A stretch of DNA of 64,000 nucleotides from a virus: the UHGV virus genome UHGV-0090440; one strand, given 5' to 3'. Made by a program: the position numbers and the translations under genes. How positions within the stretch are numbered: position 1 is the first letter of the stretch; the number at the start of each line of letters is the position of its first letter. This document shows, piece after piece, positions 8,523 through 17,730 of this stretch. The notes beneath the pieces are model-generated. The model worked only from the letters and a program-made list of their open reading frames with translations. It did not search any database and was not told the DNA's origin.

Positions 8523-9176
8523 TCAAAGTATCACGGTATCTTCATCAACTTCTTTCCCAGTCAGTGTCTTTGGCTGGGAGGTGCCTGCTTTAACTTTTTC
8601 ATGCCCAATAATGGACAGGAACGAAGCGAGTATGCCTGTTTTTTGCTCTTTCTCGACTGTACCGGTCATCTGCTCTACGTAATCCGCACTGGCTACATTG
8701 TGGTATACGGTCGCGTAGCAACACAGGATCATCAAAATATGCTCCGGCCTGATATCCTGCCAGTTCACCCGGTAGACTTCTTCTCCGTTACCGTTGTATT
8801 CGGTGTCAACGATGGAGTCAGGGATTTCGAAAGCACCTTTGTTATTTTGCGGCAGGGATAATAGCTTCTGGAGTTTTAACTCTCTGTATCTTTCCATCCC
8901 GACGATGATTGCTGCTCTGCCATCGGCATGACGGGTCTTGAGAGTCACCTGGCTTGCTCCGGTGCCAGCGGAGATCGTTGGCGTAATTTCGTCTACCAGT
9001 ACCTTAAATTTGCTTTTCCGCAGGGCTGCTATAGCTGGAGGAATTTTTTGCTTTTGCTCCAATGCTGACGCGGGAAGGGGTTTTACTTCGTTAATAATGA
9101 GAGCACCGTCTTTCAGTATTGCAGTGAGCATTTGAGGCTTGCTGGTGGTCAGGCTGAATATTGCGATCTTTTCCAT
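8523..9176 (-). CDS. hypothetical protein
   Basis: Start taken at MEKIAIFSL (ATG 9174-9176) with a GGAGGAAGG RBS; the ORF-track extension to 9218 runs into a terminator hairpin. Confidence 0.4.
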   Translation of the reverse strand: MEKIAIFSLTTSKPQMLTAILKDGALIINEVKPLPASALEQKQKIPPAIAALRKSKFKVLVDEITPTISAGTGASQVTLKTRHADGRAAIIVGMERYRELKLQKLLSLPQNNKGAFEIPDSIVDTEYNGNGEEVYRVNWQDIRPEHILMILCCYATVYHNVASADYVEQMTGTVEKEQKTGILASFLSIIGHEKVKAGTSQPKTLTGKEVDEDTVIL

Positions 9177-9202
9177 TGTCCTTCCTCCACGGATGACGGA
9201 TA

Positions 9203-9228
9203 CAAAAAAAGGCCGCACATGGCGGCCT
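9203..9228 (-). terminator. rho-independent terminator (minus-strand orientation)
   Basis: On the minus strand: GGCCGCCATGTGCGGCC hairpin followed by TTTTTTT. Confidence 0.5.
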
Positions 9229-9444
9229 GCTTTGGCGTTATGACTCCCTACCGCGCTTCGGCTGAAAGTTAATCGTCAAAAGAACCTTCAACGGGAGCCG
9301 TTAGCGCGATGGATTATGTGCAGTTTGTGATTTCCAAAATAGTGTCAACCACTTTTGGTGGATTTTATTTTTTAACCGAAATTTGGCCTAAATCATGTTT
9401 ATGTAGTTAATTGTTTTTATAACATAAAAATTCATTTTGTTTGC

Positions 9445-10068
9445 ATGAAGGATGGTGTAGTGAAGTTAAGGGCTTTAGGGGCCGCGCTCGCGGCTATGTT
9501 GGGATGCGTATCTGCTAATACTGCCAATGCAACTGCGTTACCTGCACAATTCAGGGCAGGGCAGCAGGTTATGAATAACGCTGGTGGAGATCATTCACAA
9601 GCGGCCATTATGGACTTTTGCAAGAGGGAGGGCATTCCATTACGGCCTGTTGGAACTCAGTTTATTGGTAAAACTGACTTTTGCGTTTTTGCATATACAG
9701 CATATCTGACGGACAAAGCTATAACAAAAACAGGTTATTCAACCAAAGATACTCTTTCCAGATTAAGTCAGGGATGGCAGCAATTCGAAGTGTATCGCCA
9801 GCAAGGATTAGGTGAGTTATTGCAACCTCTTTTTATGCTTGCGTTGGTGCCAGAGGGGCAGCAATTTTTGGTTAAAAAGGGAATGCTTCGCCAAAGTGAT
9901 ATTGCCGGGTTCGATAGCATGATGGCTTATGAGCGCAAACTAACCGAGCAGCGAAATAAAAAACCATCTGCTTCATGTGTGCAAAGTAAAACAGCAGAAT
10001 ACAGTGCAGTAGCCGGGCCTTTAGCCAAACAAATGGCAGAGCAATGGTGTAAAAAATACGGGCAATAA
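9445..10068 (+). CDS. secreted protein of unknown function
   Basis: N-terminal signal-peptide-like segment (LRALGAALAAMLGCVSANTANA); preceded by an AT-rich intergenic region. Confidence 0.45.
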   Translation: MKDGVVKLRALGAALAAMLGCVSANTANATALPAQFRAGQQVMNNAGGDHSQAAIMDFCKREGIPLRPVGTQFIGKTDFCVFAYTAYLTDKAITKTGYSTKDTLSRLSQGWQQFEVYRQQGLGELLQPLFMLALVPEGQQFLVKKGMLRQSDIAGFDSMMAYERKLTEQRNKKPSASCVQSKTAEYSAVAGPLAKQMAEQWCKKYGQ

Positions 10069-10088
10069 GTTACGCAGCGGAGGCAGAA

Positions 10089-10481
10089 TTGAAAAGATTG
10101 GCTATTGCTTTACTGGCGTCTTTCCCTTTGATCGCGAGCGCCGGAAATTTACAAGTTAAGTGCGGTCGGTTTGATATAAAAATCTATCCAGATGCCATAT
10201 TTCTGAATGGGAATAAGGTTGATAACGCACACCGAAAAACTGAATCTGACGTAATGAGCTATGTGTTCCAGGAGTATGCGGAGATGGGGGGAACTTACAC
10301 GCTGTACTCGCTGGATGTTCCTTCTCGCGGTGATATGACATTATCCCATCAATGGCAGAACGCCGATGGCGAAGCTCTGCGCGAGGTTAAAACAGAAAAA
10401 TGTGGCACTTTCCATTCTTTTAAAGGGAAAGCGCCAAATGTTAAATCTGTGCTTGAAAAACAGCGCGCAGGTGAGCTTTAA
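10089..10481 (+). CDS. secreted protein of unknown function
   Basis: Signal-peptide-like N-terminus MKRLAIALLASFPLIASA; RBS GGAGG 8 nt upstream. Confidence 0.45.
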   Translation: MKRLAIALLASFPLIASAGNLQVKCGRFDIKIYPDAIFLNGNKVDNAHRKTESDVMSYVFQEYAEMGGTYTLYSLDVPSRGDMTLSHQWQNADGEALREVKTEKCGTFHSFKGKAPNVKSVLEKQRAGEL

Positions 10482-11367
10482 ACACCTTTAACCACGGAGA
10501 TGCCGTTCCCTGCACGATAGCGGCGGGGAACGGAATTCTCCATCAGGTCACGAATTACTCCCGCCTCATGTAGTTCCACTGTTTCCCAGTATCTGTTTGT
10601 CGCCAATTACGCCCCGTTCCGCCAGGGGAAGGTATGAACGAGCTTCTGCTTCGGTTGCAGCCATGACGCAGATATACAGGTGTTTTTGGCAGGAATAGAA
10701 ACGCCAGATAAATTCAGAATGAGTTGGGGTGGGGATAGTAGCGATATTGGCAGCCTCCTTTGACTAAGTTAAGGAGCTACCGCGTGAGGTTCCAATCCCG
10801 GCACCCGTTTTTCTAAGGTGCCGTAGAAATATACCCCACGATAAGGCCAGGGCGCAAAAGTCAGTATTTTATGCTTTGGCGGATTTCTTCCGGGCTTGCT
10901 TGCAGGCGTAGGCCATTGCTTTAGCTTTCACTTCATCCAGCTTCCCGGTGATCACTTCTTTTCCGAGAGTGACAAACCAGTCATAGCAACCGCCAGTGAT
11001 GTTCTGGATTTGAAAGTTGAGGTAGCGAACGGTCATTTTGACACCCCCAGCGCGAGTAAAGAATGCAGATTATCGCGTGAGTGGCGGACAACGAGTGACG
11101 GGAAAAGACAGTAGCTGTTCATAGTGTAGTGACTCCTTGCTTTCGGAGCCGCCATCGACTGTTCCACGGTCTGGTGGCGGCGCAATAAAGGCTGGAACAC
11201 CGTGAGTCAACGGGGGCTTTTCAGCCACCTATATTGCACCGCCATAGGTATGGCGGCGGCAATAATACGAAAAACTATACAGTTTGTCTCAAAAAGTTGA
11301 CCGGTGTGCCAATCGGTAGTGAATGTACATCGGAGAAATTTATAATTCAACTTAAAATGTTAGAAAA

Positions 11368-11943
11368 CTAATTCATCAATTCAATCGCCATCTGATACAA
11401 CGTCATTTCATCAGCATTGTGCCGCCTGAAATCTGCTTTACCGCCTATTTTTCCATCAGCATGAACAGGAACCAACCAGGGGTATTGCTCGCGGATCTCT
11501 GCTGGCGCTGCGTGTTGATGGTGCCATTTACACAAAGGGAGGACGTATTTATGCGCGTTCTCTGCTGTTCTTCCGAAGATGTGGTGCAGGGATACCACAG
11601 GGCTATGCTGTCCGTGCATATGGCAGGCAATGCAGGGGAGAGCACCGATGGCAGTTTGTATCCGGCGCTCATCTGCTGTGAGTGTTCTGCCTTTCAGGCC
11701 GCGTGACGCGCGAGTTTTTTTGACAGGAGCAGAAGCGGCCTTCTCTTTTCTTCGCTGTTCATATTGCTTCGCTTTTTCAATTTTCTTTTGACGATATTCA
11801 GGCGATGCGGCTTTTTCTCGCGCACGCTGCTGCTGGCGTTGAGCTTGCTGAAGACGCTTTGCCCTTTGTTCCTCCCGCCATTTCGGATCAGCCAGTTTTT
11901 GCAGGGCTTTTTGTGTCTGTTTCTCCCAATAGCTTTGCTTCAT
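11368..11943 (-). CDS. ref: Ref-like HNH endonuclease
   Basis: Basic, low-complexity N-terminal region followed by an HNH-type core (CIACHMHG...SLHHIFGR...LPLCKWHH), the architecture described for P1 Ref. Start taken at the first ATG (MKQSYWEK). Confidence 0.55.
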   Translation of the reverse strand: MKQSYWEKQTQKALQKLADPKWREEQRAKRLQQAQRQQQRAREKAASPEYRQKKIEKAKQYEQRRKEKAASAPVKKTRASRGLKGRTLTADERRIQTAIGALPCIACHMHGQHSPVVSLHHIFGRTAENAHKYVLPLCKWHHQHAAPAEIREQYPWLVPVHADGKIGGKADFRRHNADEMTLYQMAIELMN

Positions 11944-11987
11944 AGAAATACCCGGTTTGTCTACATAGCCGCTATGGTTGATCAAAC

Positions 11988-12020
11988 ATGTTAGAAAATC
12001 AAAATTGATTTTCTAACACA
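11988..12020. promoter_or_regulatory. perfect inverted pair of operator-like motifs
   Basis: TGTTAGAAAATC-aaaatt-GATTTTCTAACA: 12-bp perfect inverted repeats, in the divergent region between the ref-like gene and the plus-strand gene block. Confidence 0.5.
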
Positions 12021-12214
12021 AAATGAAGATACTTTTTTCAGACGCTATATCAGGAGGTCATGATGCTTGTCGCAATTAGTGCAATCCACCAGCAATCCGG
12101 TACAGAAATTGGGTTGCTATATGTCCTGTTTTTCACTGTCCTGGCGTTGTTTGAGCTGGGCATTGAACTCTTTGCTCTCATCAACTTTTGCGTAACGTTC
12201 CTGGGGAAACTTTG

Positions 12215-12826
12215 ATGTCAAAACGCATTATGAAAATTTACATCGCGGGGCCGATGACTGGTTATCCCGGCTACAACCGCACAGCGTTTTTTTCGAAAGC
12301 AAAAGAGCTGATGGAGGTAGGGCATATTGTTCTGAATCCGGCGCTGTTACCTGCTGGCCTCTGCGAGAGCGAATACATGGATATTTGCCTTGCAATGGTG
12401 CGTTCGGCTAATGCGGTCTATTTGCTCAAGGGGTGGGAGGAATCAGTTGGCGCTCGTGCAGAGCACGAGCTGGCTCAAAAGCTGGGGCTGAATGTAATTT
12501 ATGAGTCACCAACCAACATTGAATGCCAGGTTGCTCCGCATATTTACCGGGAACTGGTCAATGCACTGCGTGATATCGCTGCTGTATATCACGGCACAGA
12601 ACAGCTTCGTGAGCGCTTAGCCCATACCATTTCCTATTACCTTTCTTTATCTCATGAGCACAAGCTCCGCCAGAAGGTAATGATCAAATTTATCATGAGG
12701 TTATCGAAATCCCTGGCAAACGCCGATCCAAAGAATCCATTACCGAAAGAGGCAATGAATTACCTAAAGTCCTGCAACGTTGTTTCTGAAGATGGCGTTC
12801 TTTTGGTTAGAAGGAGTTCTGCGTGA
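12215..12826 (+). CDS. DUF4406-like (nucleoside 2-deoxyribosyltransferase-like fold) protein
   Basis: KIYIAGPMTGYPGYN motif near the N-terminus is the DUF4406 signature as I recall it; ATG 12215 has a GGGGAA RBS. Confidence 0.45.
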   Translation: MSKRIMKIYIAGPMTGYPGYNRTAFFSKAKELMEVGHIVLNPALLPAGLCESEYMDICLAMVRSANAVYLLKGWEESVGARAEHELAQKLGLNVIYESPTNIECQVAPHIYRELVNALRDIAAVYHGTEQLRERLAHTISYYLSLSHEHKLRQKVMIKFIMRLSKSLANADPKNPLPKEAMNYLKSCNVVSEDGVLLVRRSSA

Positions 12827-13140
12827 GCTGGCGGGGATGGGGAAGGGCAGAAATCATGATACTCCGCCAGTGCGCCGGGACTATGACAGTCGAGGGTATT
12901 GGGAGACTGATCGGGCGTACCGGTGGTGCTGTCAGGACTAAAGCGCGGCAACTGCGGATCAGCATGATTCTGAAAGGAGACTTTCATCCGTCAGCCAAAT
13001 ACCGGCAGAGCGATATAGAACTGGCACGGCAGCTTCATCAGTGTGGTGTTCCCCGCCGTGAGATCGCAGAAAAACTCGAAATGCCCCTGGGAATGATTAA
13101 TCAGTACGTTTATTTCGAAAGGAGAGTACATGAAGTCTGA
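12823..13140 (+). CDS. hypothetical small DNA-binding-like protein
   Basis: 105-aa ORF overlapping the neighbouring stop; HTH-like segment VEGIGRLIGRTGGAVRTKARQL. Confidence 0.3.
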   Translation: MSWRGWGRAEIMILRQCAGTMTVEGIGRLIGRTGGAVRTKARQLRISMILKGDFHPSAKYRQSDIELARQLHQCGVPRREIAEKLEMPLGMINQYVYFERRVHEV

Positions 13141-13831
13141 AGGTTTAACGCCAGAGCAACTGGCGGAGATCGAGCTTTACTATCCGTTACGTGAACGTTA
13201 TTCACCGAAACCAGCGCCTAAATGCCCTGTTTGTGGCGAGGAAATGTCAATGCAGCGCATATCTGGATCACATGTTGTTTATGCCTGTTCCGGCATGGAG
13301 GATGACGGATGCTTCAAAACTGGACGAACTTATGCTGACGAGCATTACAAAAATTCGCGCATATCAGTAGTTGATGGTAGCGATCCTGATGTGATTGAAC
13401 TGCTGGACGAGAACGTGGAGAAGGCTCTAACGCTTGAGAATCTGCGTGTTGAGCTGGAGGCCGCTAAAAAGTGTATTGCAGAGCTGGAAAGCAATTGCGG
13501 GGCGCTGGTGGCGGAATGCCAAAACAAAAAAGCAGCACTTGAGGAAATTCTTAGCCATCTCCCAATTAATCATCCAGATATAGACATCGCATGTGTAGCG
13601 AACATAGCTCATAACAAATTAGGCGAGGCGAAAAGCACTACATCTGAAGCTTACCTTGTTGAAATACAGGCTCAGGGATTGGAGGCATTCGCTTTGACGA
13701 TGCGCGATACCGGAGATGATCCATTTTTTGATTCCGTTGCTTCTGCTTGCGCGGATGCGGCTGACAGGTTCGCAGCCCTGCTTCGTAAAGGACAATCCTG
13801 CCTGCGCCCGAACTTTGAAGGGAAAAGATGA
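13130..13831 (+). CDS. Ea22/Ead-like coiled-coil protein (paralogue 1)
   Basis: Coiled-coil segment [23 protein letters not shown] shared with the three paralogues below. Confidence 0.4.
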   Translation: MKSEGLTPEQLAEIELYYPLRERYSPKPAPKCPVCGEEMSMQRISGSHVVYACSGMEDDGCFKTGRTYADEHYKNSRISVVDGSDPDVIELLDENVEKALTLENLRVELEAAKKCIAELESNCGALVAECQNKKAALEEILSHLPINHPDIDIACVANIAHNKLGEAKSTTSEAYLVEIQAQGLEAFALTMRDTGDDPFFDSVASACADAADRFAALLRKGQSCLRPNFEGKR

Positions 13832-14154
13832 TGCCCACATCGCATTCTGCAATTACCCAGGAAAAAGCCTTCCACATACTCGAACGATTAGAGACGCTCG
13901 CTACGGAGGAGGATATATCCCCGGAGATGCTGGTTGAGTGCAGCCGTGTGATATTGCGTCGCAAGAACGACATCGCGCGGCTGACATCTGGCGCACCATC
14001 CGTATCAGCCAGTCCAACGCTTTATTGCAGCTTCTGCAACAAATCCCAGCACACCGTTAAAAAGTTAATTGCCGGGGACAACGCTTTCATATGCAACGAG
14101 TGCGTGAAAGATTGCAACAACATTATCCAGGAAGATCAAAGGGAATCAGCATGA
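13828..14154 (+). CDS. standalone ClpX N-terminal zinc-binding-domain homologue
   Basis: C-terminal 40 aa ([39 protein letters not shown]) align almost residue-for-residue with the E. coli ClpX N-domain ([40 protein letters not shown]), including all four Zn-ligand cysteines; no AAA+ module follows. Confidence 0.6.
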   Translation: MMPTSHSAITQEKAFHILERLETLATEEDISPEMLVECSRVILRRKNDIARLTSGAPSVSASPTLYCSFCNKSQHTVKKLIAGDNAFICNECVKDCNNIIQEDQRESA

Positions 14155-14834
14155 AATTTTCCAAATTTTCTGAGTTGGTGAATCGTATTTTGTCCAACAA
14201 CCACAGCCATCGTCGCGATATGGATGTAACGATCGTTGTTCATTCGCCTGGCAGCATTGGTTCAACACCTTCAGTTGAGGTTCAGTCAATTCACGCTGGT
14301 TTTGATTGGGATTCCGGGAAAGTGCTGATTTTCCCAGCACAGGCACTGACCACGCTAACACCAGAACAGATTACTGATATTACTGATAGTGTGCGCAAAG
14401 GTCAGTCCTGGCACGCATATCAGGAATATAAAAAGCATAAAGAGCAGTTGGAAAAATTGTCGATTGAACTGGATGCTGCAAAACAGCGCGTAGCAGAACT
14501 GGAGGCCAGTCGCGTGACGCTGGCGGAGGAGAACTCGTGGCTGAAGATGCTCATAGAAGATCATGCTGGTTGTACTGCTGTCTGCCCAAATTGCTCTCAT
14601 GAAGAACCCAGTGAAACAGACGACATTGTTTGGTCTTACCGTTCACGGGAAACGCCAGCCACCGATGCTTTCCTGGCTGAAGTACGTGCGCAGGGCGTGG
14701 ATATGGCTCGTAACGCGATGATTGATTTTGTCGATGGTGAAGTTGGGCCAAACAAGAACGTTCCGGGGCTGATTAGAGGCGCAGAGATATGCGTAAGTAT
14801 TGCTGAACAGCTTCGCAAAGGAGGCAGCCAGTGA
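14151..14834 (+). CDS. Ea22/Ead-like coiled-coil protein (paralogue 2)
   Basis: Start ATG overlaps the upstream stop (ATGA). Shares [17 protein letters not shown] and the C-terminal [11 protein letters not shown] with the 17717 paralogue. Confidence 0.4.
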   Translation: MKFSKFSELVNRILSNNHSHRRDMDVTIVVHSPGSIGSTPSVEVQSIHAGFDWDSGKVLIFPAQALTTLTPEQITDITDSVRKGQSWHAYQEYKKHKEQLEKLSIELDAAKQRVAELEASRVTLAEENSWLKMLIEDHAGCTAVCPNCSHEEPSETDDIVWSYRSRETPATDAFLAEVRAQGVDMARNAMIDFVDGEVGPNKNVPGLIRGAEICVSIAEQLRKGGSQ

Positions 14835-15139
14835 ATATCGACACGACAATAACGATCGATACGCTCCTAAATACCGGTCTGGCACTTCTCGGTTGGCTTT
14901 ACATCATGTCCCGTACATGGCGTTGGCTGGGTTCCATTTTCCTGAAACAGTGGAAAAAACGGCGCAAACAGGAACTACGCCAGAAGGCATTAGAAGCGTT
15001 CTATGACGCATTTGAGCTTAGCCGCATTGAACCAGGCACAACAGCGAGGATAGCGACAAAAGGCGACCTGATGATAGTGATGTTCAGACAGGAGAAACCA
15101 AATGACAGAACAGACGATGACAAATCGCGAACTTGTTGA
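14831..15139 (+). CDS. hypothetical protein, N-terminal hydrophobic segment
   Basis: 102-aa ORF, stop/start coupled to neighbours. Confidence 0.3.
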   Translation: MNIDTTITIDTLLNTGLALLGWLYIMSRTWRWLGSIFLKQWKKRRKQELRQKALEAFYDAFELSRIEPGTTARIATKGDLMIVMFRQEKPNDRTDDDKSRTC

Positions 15140-15326
15140 TGCCGCGATTGAACTTGCTGGCGATTTTTATTCCATGATGGGGTACACGCATCGCCCAGGC
15201 TTCAAATATTGGGAGTCTCCGCACCCGCAAGAGCAACGGGTATTTCAAATGGCCTGCCGCGCTTTTGAAGTTATTCGCGGTTCTGATGTGATGGACGCGG
15301 TTGCTGATTTGGAGGATGAAGAGTGA
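15102..15326 (+). CDS. hypothetical protein
   Basis: 74-aa ORF in operon context. Confidence 0.25.
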   Translation: MTEQTMTNRELVDAAIELAGDFYSMMGYTHRPGFKYWESPHPQEQRVFQMACRAFEVIRGSDVMDAVADLEDEE

Positions 15327-15634
15327 ACACAATTAAAGAAATGCCGGTAGAACGTGATGAATATGGCTGCTGGACACATCCGGAGTATGAAAAGTTTTGC
15401 GCAGGTCGTGAATATATATCCACTGAGGAATTTGACGCCTGGATGAAGGAAAATAATCTTCAGTGGACTATTCGCAGTATGGATGAAGATCATTTTAATC
15501 TGGACGCAGATGGTCCCGATATTGCCGCCTGGGAACCAGAGCGACCAGAGGGCGAAGGATGGTTTGTTGGCTCTATTCATGACACTGAAGATGGCCCGGT
15601 TTGTATCTGGCTGCGGGAGAAGGTTGCCGCATGA
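15323..15634 (+). CDS. hypothetical protein
   Basis: 103-aa ORF overlapping the neighbouring stop codon. Confidence 0.3.
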   Translation: MNTIKEMPVERDEYGCWTHPEYEKFCAGREYISTEEFDAWMKENNLQWTIRSMDEDHFNLDADGPDIAAWEPERPEGEGWFVGSIHDTEDGPVCIWLREKVAA

Positions 15635-16323
15635 ATCAGGCGCTGCATGAAGTGAATTTATATAGCCGTATTGATGGTTCAGGCTACAGAAACATATGGG
15701 TTGTTGGTGATTTGCACGGTTGCTGCACCCTACTTATGAATGAACTCCATCGTGTGGATTTTGACCCGACACAGGATTTACTGATATCGGTTGGCGACCT
15801 TATCGATCGCGGCACCGAAAATGTTGAATGCCTGGAGCTATTGCAGATGCCCTGGTTTCGGTCGGTTATGGGAAACCACGAGCGATTAATGATCGATGCG
15901 TTAAGTCCCGCAGGCAATGTGAATAACTGGCTAATGAATGGCGGTCAATGGTTCTTCATGCTGGACACTGATCAGGAAATATTAGCCAGGGCGCTGGTGG
16001 AGCTGGTAAAGCGTCTGCCCTATATCATTGAGCTGAACACCGGGCATGAAACTATCGTTATAGCCCATGCCGACTATCCAGGTGGAGAGTACCAGTTCGG
16101 TAAGGATGTGTCGCTTTTTGATGTTGTCTGGTCGCGCAGTCGCGTCGGTGATTCGATAGATGGCATTGGTGGAGAAATCACAGGCGCAGATCGCTTTATC
16201 TTTGGGCACACACCGGTACGAAGACCAAAAGCATACTGGAATCAGCACTACATAGACACGGGCGCGGTTTTTTGCGGAAATCTGACGCTAATGCAGGTGA
16301 AGGGAGGGCAGCTTAAAGTCTGA
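15631..16323 (+). CDS. ppp: Ser/Thr protein phosphatase (lambda-PPase / PrpA-like metallophosphoesterase)
   Basis: Metallophosphoesterase motifs GDLHGC, GDLIDRG, GNHE present; start taken at MNQALHEV (ATG 15631). Confidence 0.75.
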   Translation: MNQALHEVNLYSRIDGSGYRNIWVVGDLHGCCTLLMNELHRVDFDPTQDLLISVGDLIDRGTENVECLELLQMPWFRSVMGNHERLMIDALSPAGNVNNWLMNGGQWFFMLDTDQEILARALVELVKRLPYIIELNTGHETIVIAHADYPGGEYQFGKDVSLFDVVWSRSRVGDSIDGIGGEITGADRFIFGHTPVRRPKAYWNQHYIDTGAVFCGNLTLMQVKGGQLKV

Positions 16324-16349
16324 TCAAATCATTTACGCACTCAAAAAAG

Positions 16350-16380
16350 CGTTAGAACGTTGATTTTAGTTTTCTAACAT
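16350..16380. promoter_or_regulatory. operator-like motif pair
   Basis: GTTAGAACG ... TTTTCTAACAT, 40-70 nt upstream of the 16422 gene. Confidence 0.4.
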
Positions 16381-16421
16381 ATTATTTTACCGCTCGGAAC
16401 AAAACAGAGTCGGTATACATT

Positions 16422-17417
16422 ATGAGTGCAATAATCACACCTCATTTCGTAAACGGAGCTGGTGTGGCTGTCTTTCCGGTAGACAAGCCCACCAGCAACT
16501 ACATTGGCGCAGGTCGCCGTTTCATTATCTCTCCACTTCCGCGCGAACAGGCTGAAAACACGCCAGATGGCGTAGTGGATCTGAACTATTCGCTGGTTGC
16601 CAACCAGTCTCTGAAAGCATTTTTTCAAAGCGAGCGCGTATTTAACGCATTAGGCGGTGAAGATTCGCTTGTTCATTGGGTAAGTTCCAATATCCACGAT
16701 TGCCAGGCGCACGATAAGCGCGATTGCAGCCACCAGCTAACCACTCATTTCTATAACGGCTCTGCCGTTCGCCTGTGCTGGAAGCATGATGCGGAATACA
16801 TGATGAAGGGGTACGGCAAGCTGGATGACCAGTTATCCCTGAATCGTGCCAACTGGGTTATGAACTGGGCTGCGAGCGAGTTAAAACTACCGCCAGAACG
16901 CGATCTGAGCATGGTTGAACTCACTTTTTGGGCCATTCGCCGGAATCTGAAAGACGAGCTGCCAGATGAAGCCGGTCGCATTGCATTTTGTCAGCCAAAA
17001 CAGGAAATCCCTACCGGCACACTGAAAGAATCGGATATCACCTGGGAGCACAGCACCCGTGAGCTGGTGGACATAACCGCAGAGCAGATCGTCAACCTGT
17101 CTGTAGATGAGGATTCCGGCCTGCTGTATATGCGCCGACCAAAAGCAGTCCTCGGTAAAAGCCCGGCTTATCTCCGGTTTGTGGTTTCTCGTCCGTGCAT
17201 CGGATGCGGTGGCAAAGTTAACCACCCGTTCATGTACCGCGCCCGCTCGTTAAACGAACACGATCGCTGGGCCGTTCCTCTTTGCGATGAATGCGCCAGA
17301 AGCGCAGAAAACGATGTCCGGGCATGGGAAAAAGCACATGGCATACGCCTTTACGTAGCCGCCAACCAGCTTTTCGACTTCGCCATCGAGCGCGGAGTGA
17401 TCACGTTCAATAACTGA
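16422..17417 (+). CDS. hypothetical protein with C-terminal Cys-rich region
   Basis: 331-aa ORF; CIGCGG...PLCDEC near the C-terminus. Confidence 0.35.
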   Translation: MSAIITPHFVNGAGVAVFPVDKPTSNYIGAGRRFIISPLPREQAENTPDGVVDLNYSLVANQSLKAFFQSERVFNALGGEDSLVHWVSSNIHDCQAHDKRDCSHQLTTHFYNGSAVRLCWKHDAEYMMKGYGKLDDQLSLNRANWVMNWAASELKLPPERDLSMVELTFWAIRRNLKDELPDEAGRIAFCQPKQEIPTGTLKESDITWEHSTRELVDITAEQIVNLSVDEDSGLLYMRRPKAVLGKSPAYLRFVVSRPCIGCGGKVNHPFMYRARSLNEHDRWAVPLCDECARSAENDVRAWEKAHGIRLYVAANQLFDFAIERGVITFNN

Positions 17418-17430
17418 TGGGAACAATGCA

Positions 17431-17730
17431 ATGAGTCAAGGTAATGGTGACGGAGCTGCAAAGTGCAGAATCTCCACTTGTTTGATTAATGACAAAAAAA
17501 TAGAACCGTGCGCGGCGTTGGCACAATCCCTGGAGCAGGATGCTGAATACACGACGCGGAAAGGTCTGCTGAAATACAAAATCTATAACCATGAATTAAT
17601 TCATTCACAAGACCTGATCATGCTGCGGTCAGGCGAGCTTTCTAAATCGCCGATTCGAATTTCATTTTGCCCGTTCTGTGGTGAAAGTCTGAAAACGTGG
17701 GAAGCGGAGGCAACCAGTGATCAAAATTAA
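17431..17730 (+). CDS. hypothetical protein with Zn-ribbon-like C-terminus
   Basis: 99-aa ORF; C..C ... CPFC spacing. Confidence 0.3.
   Translation: MSQGNGDGAAKCRISTCLINDKKIEPCAALAQSLEQDAEYTTRKGLLKYKIYNHELIHSQDLIMLRSGELSKSPIRISFCPFCGESLKTWEAEATSDQN

Noticed and set aside
9177-9218. N-terminal extension (MRPFFVSVIRGGRT) of the 8523-9218 ORF
   Set aside because: It overlaps a terminator hairpin; an ATG with a good RBS follows at 9176.
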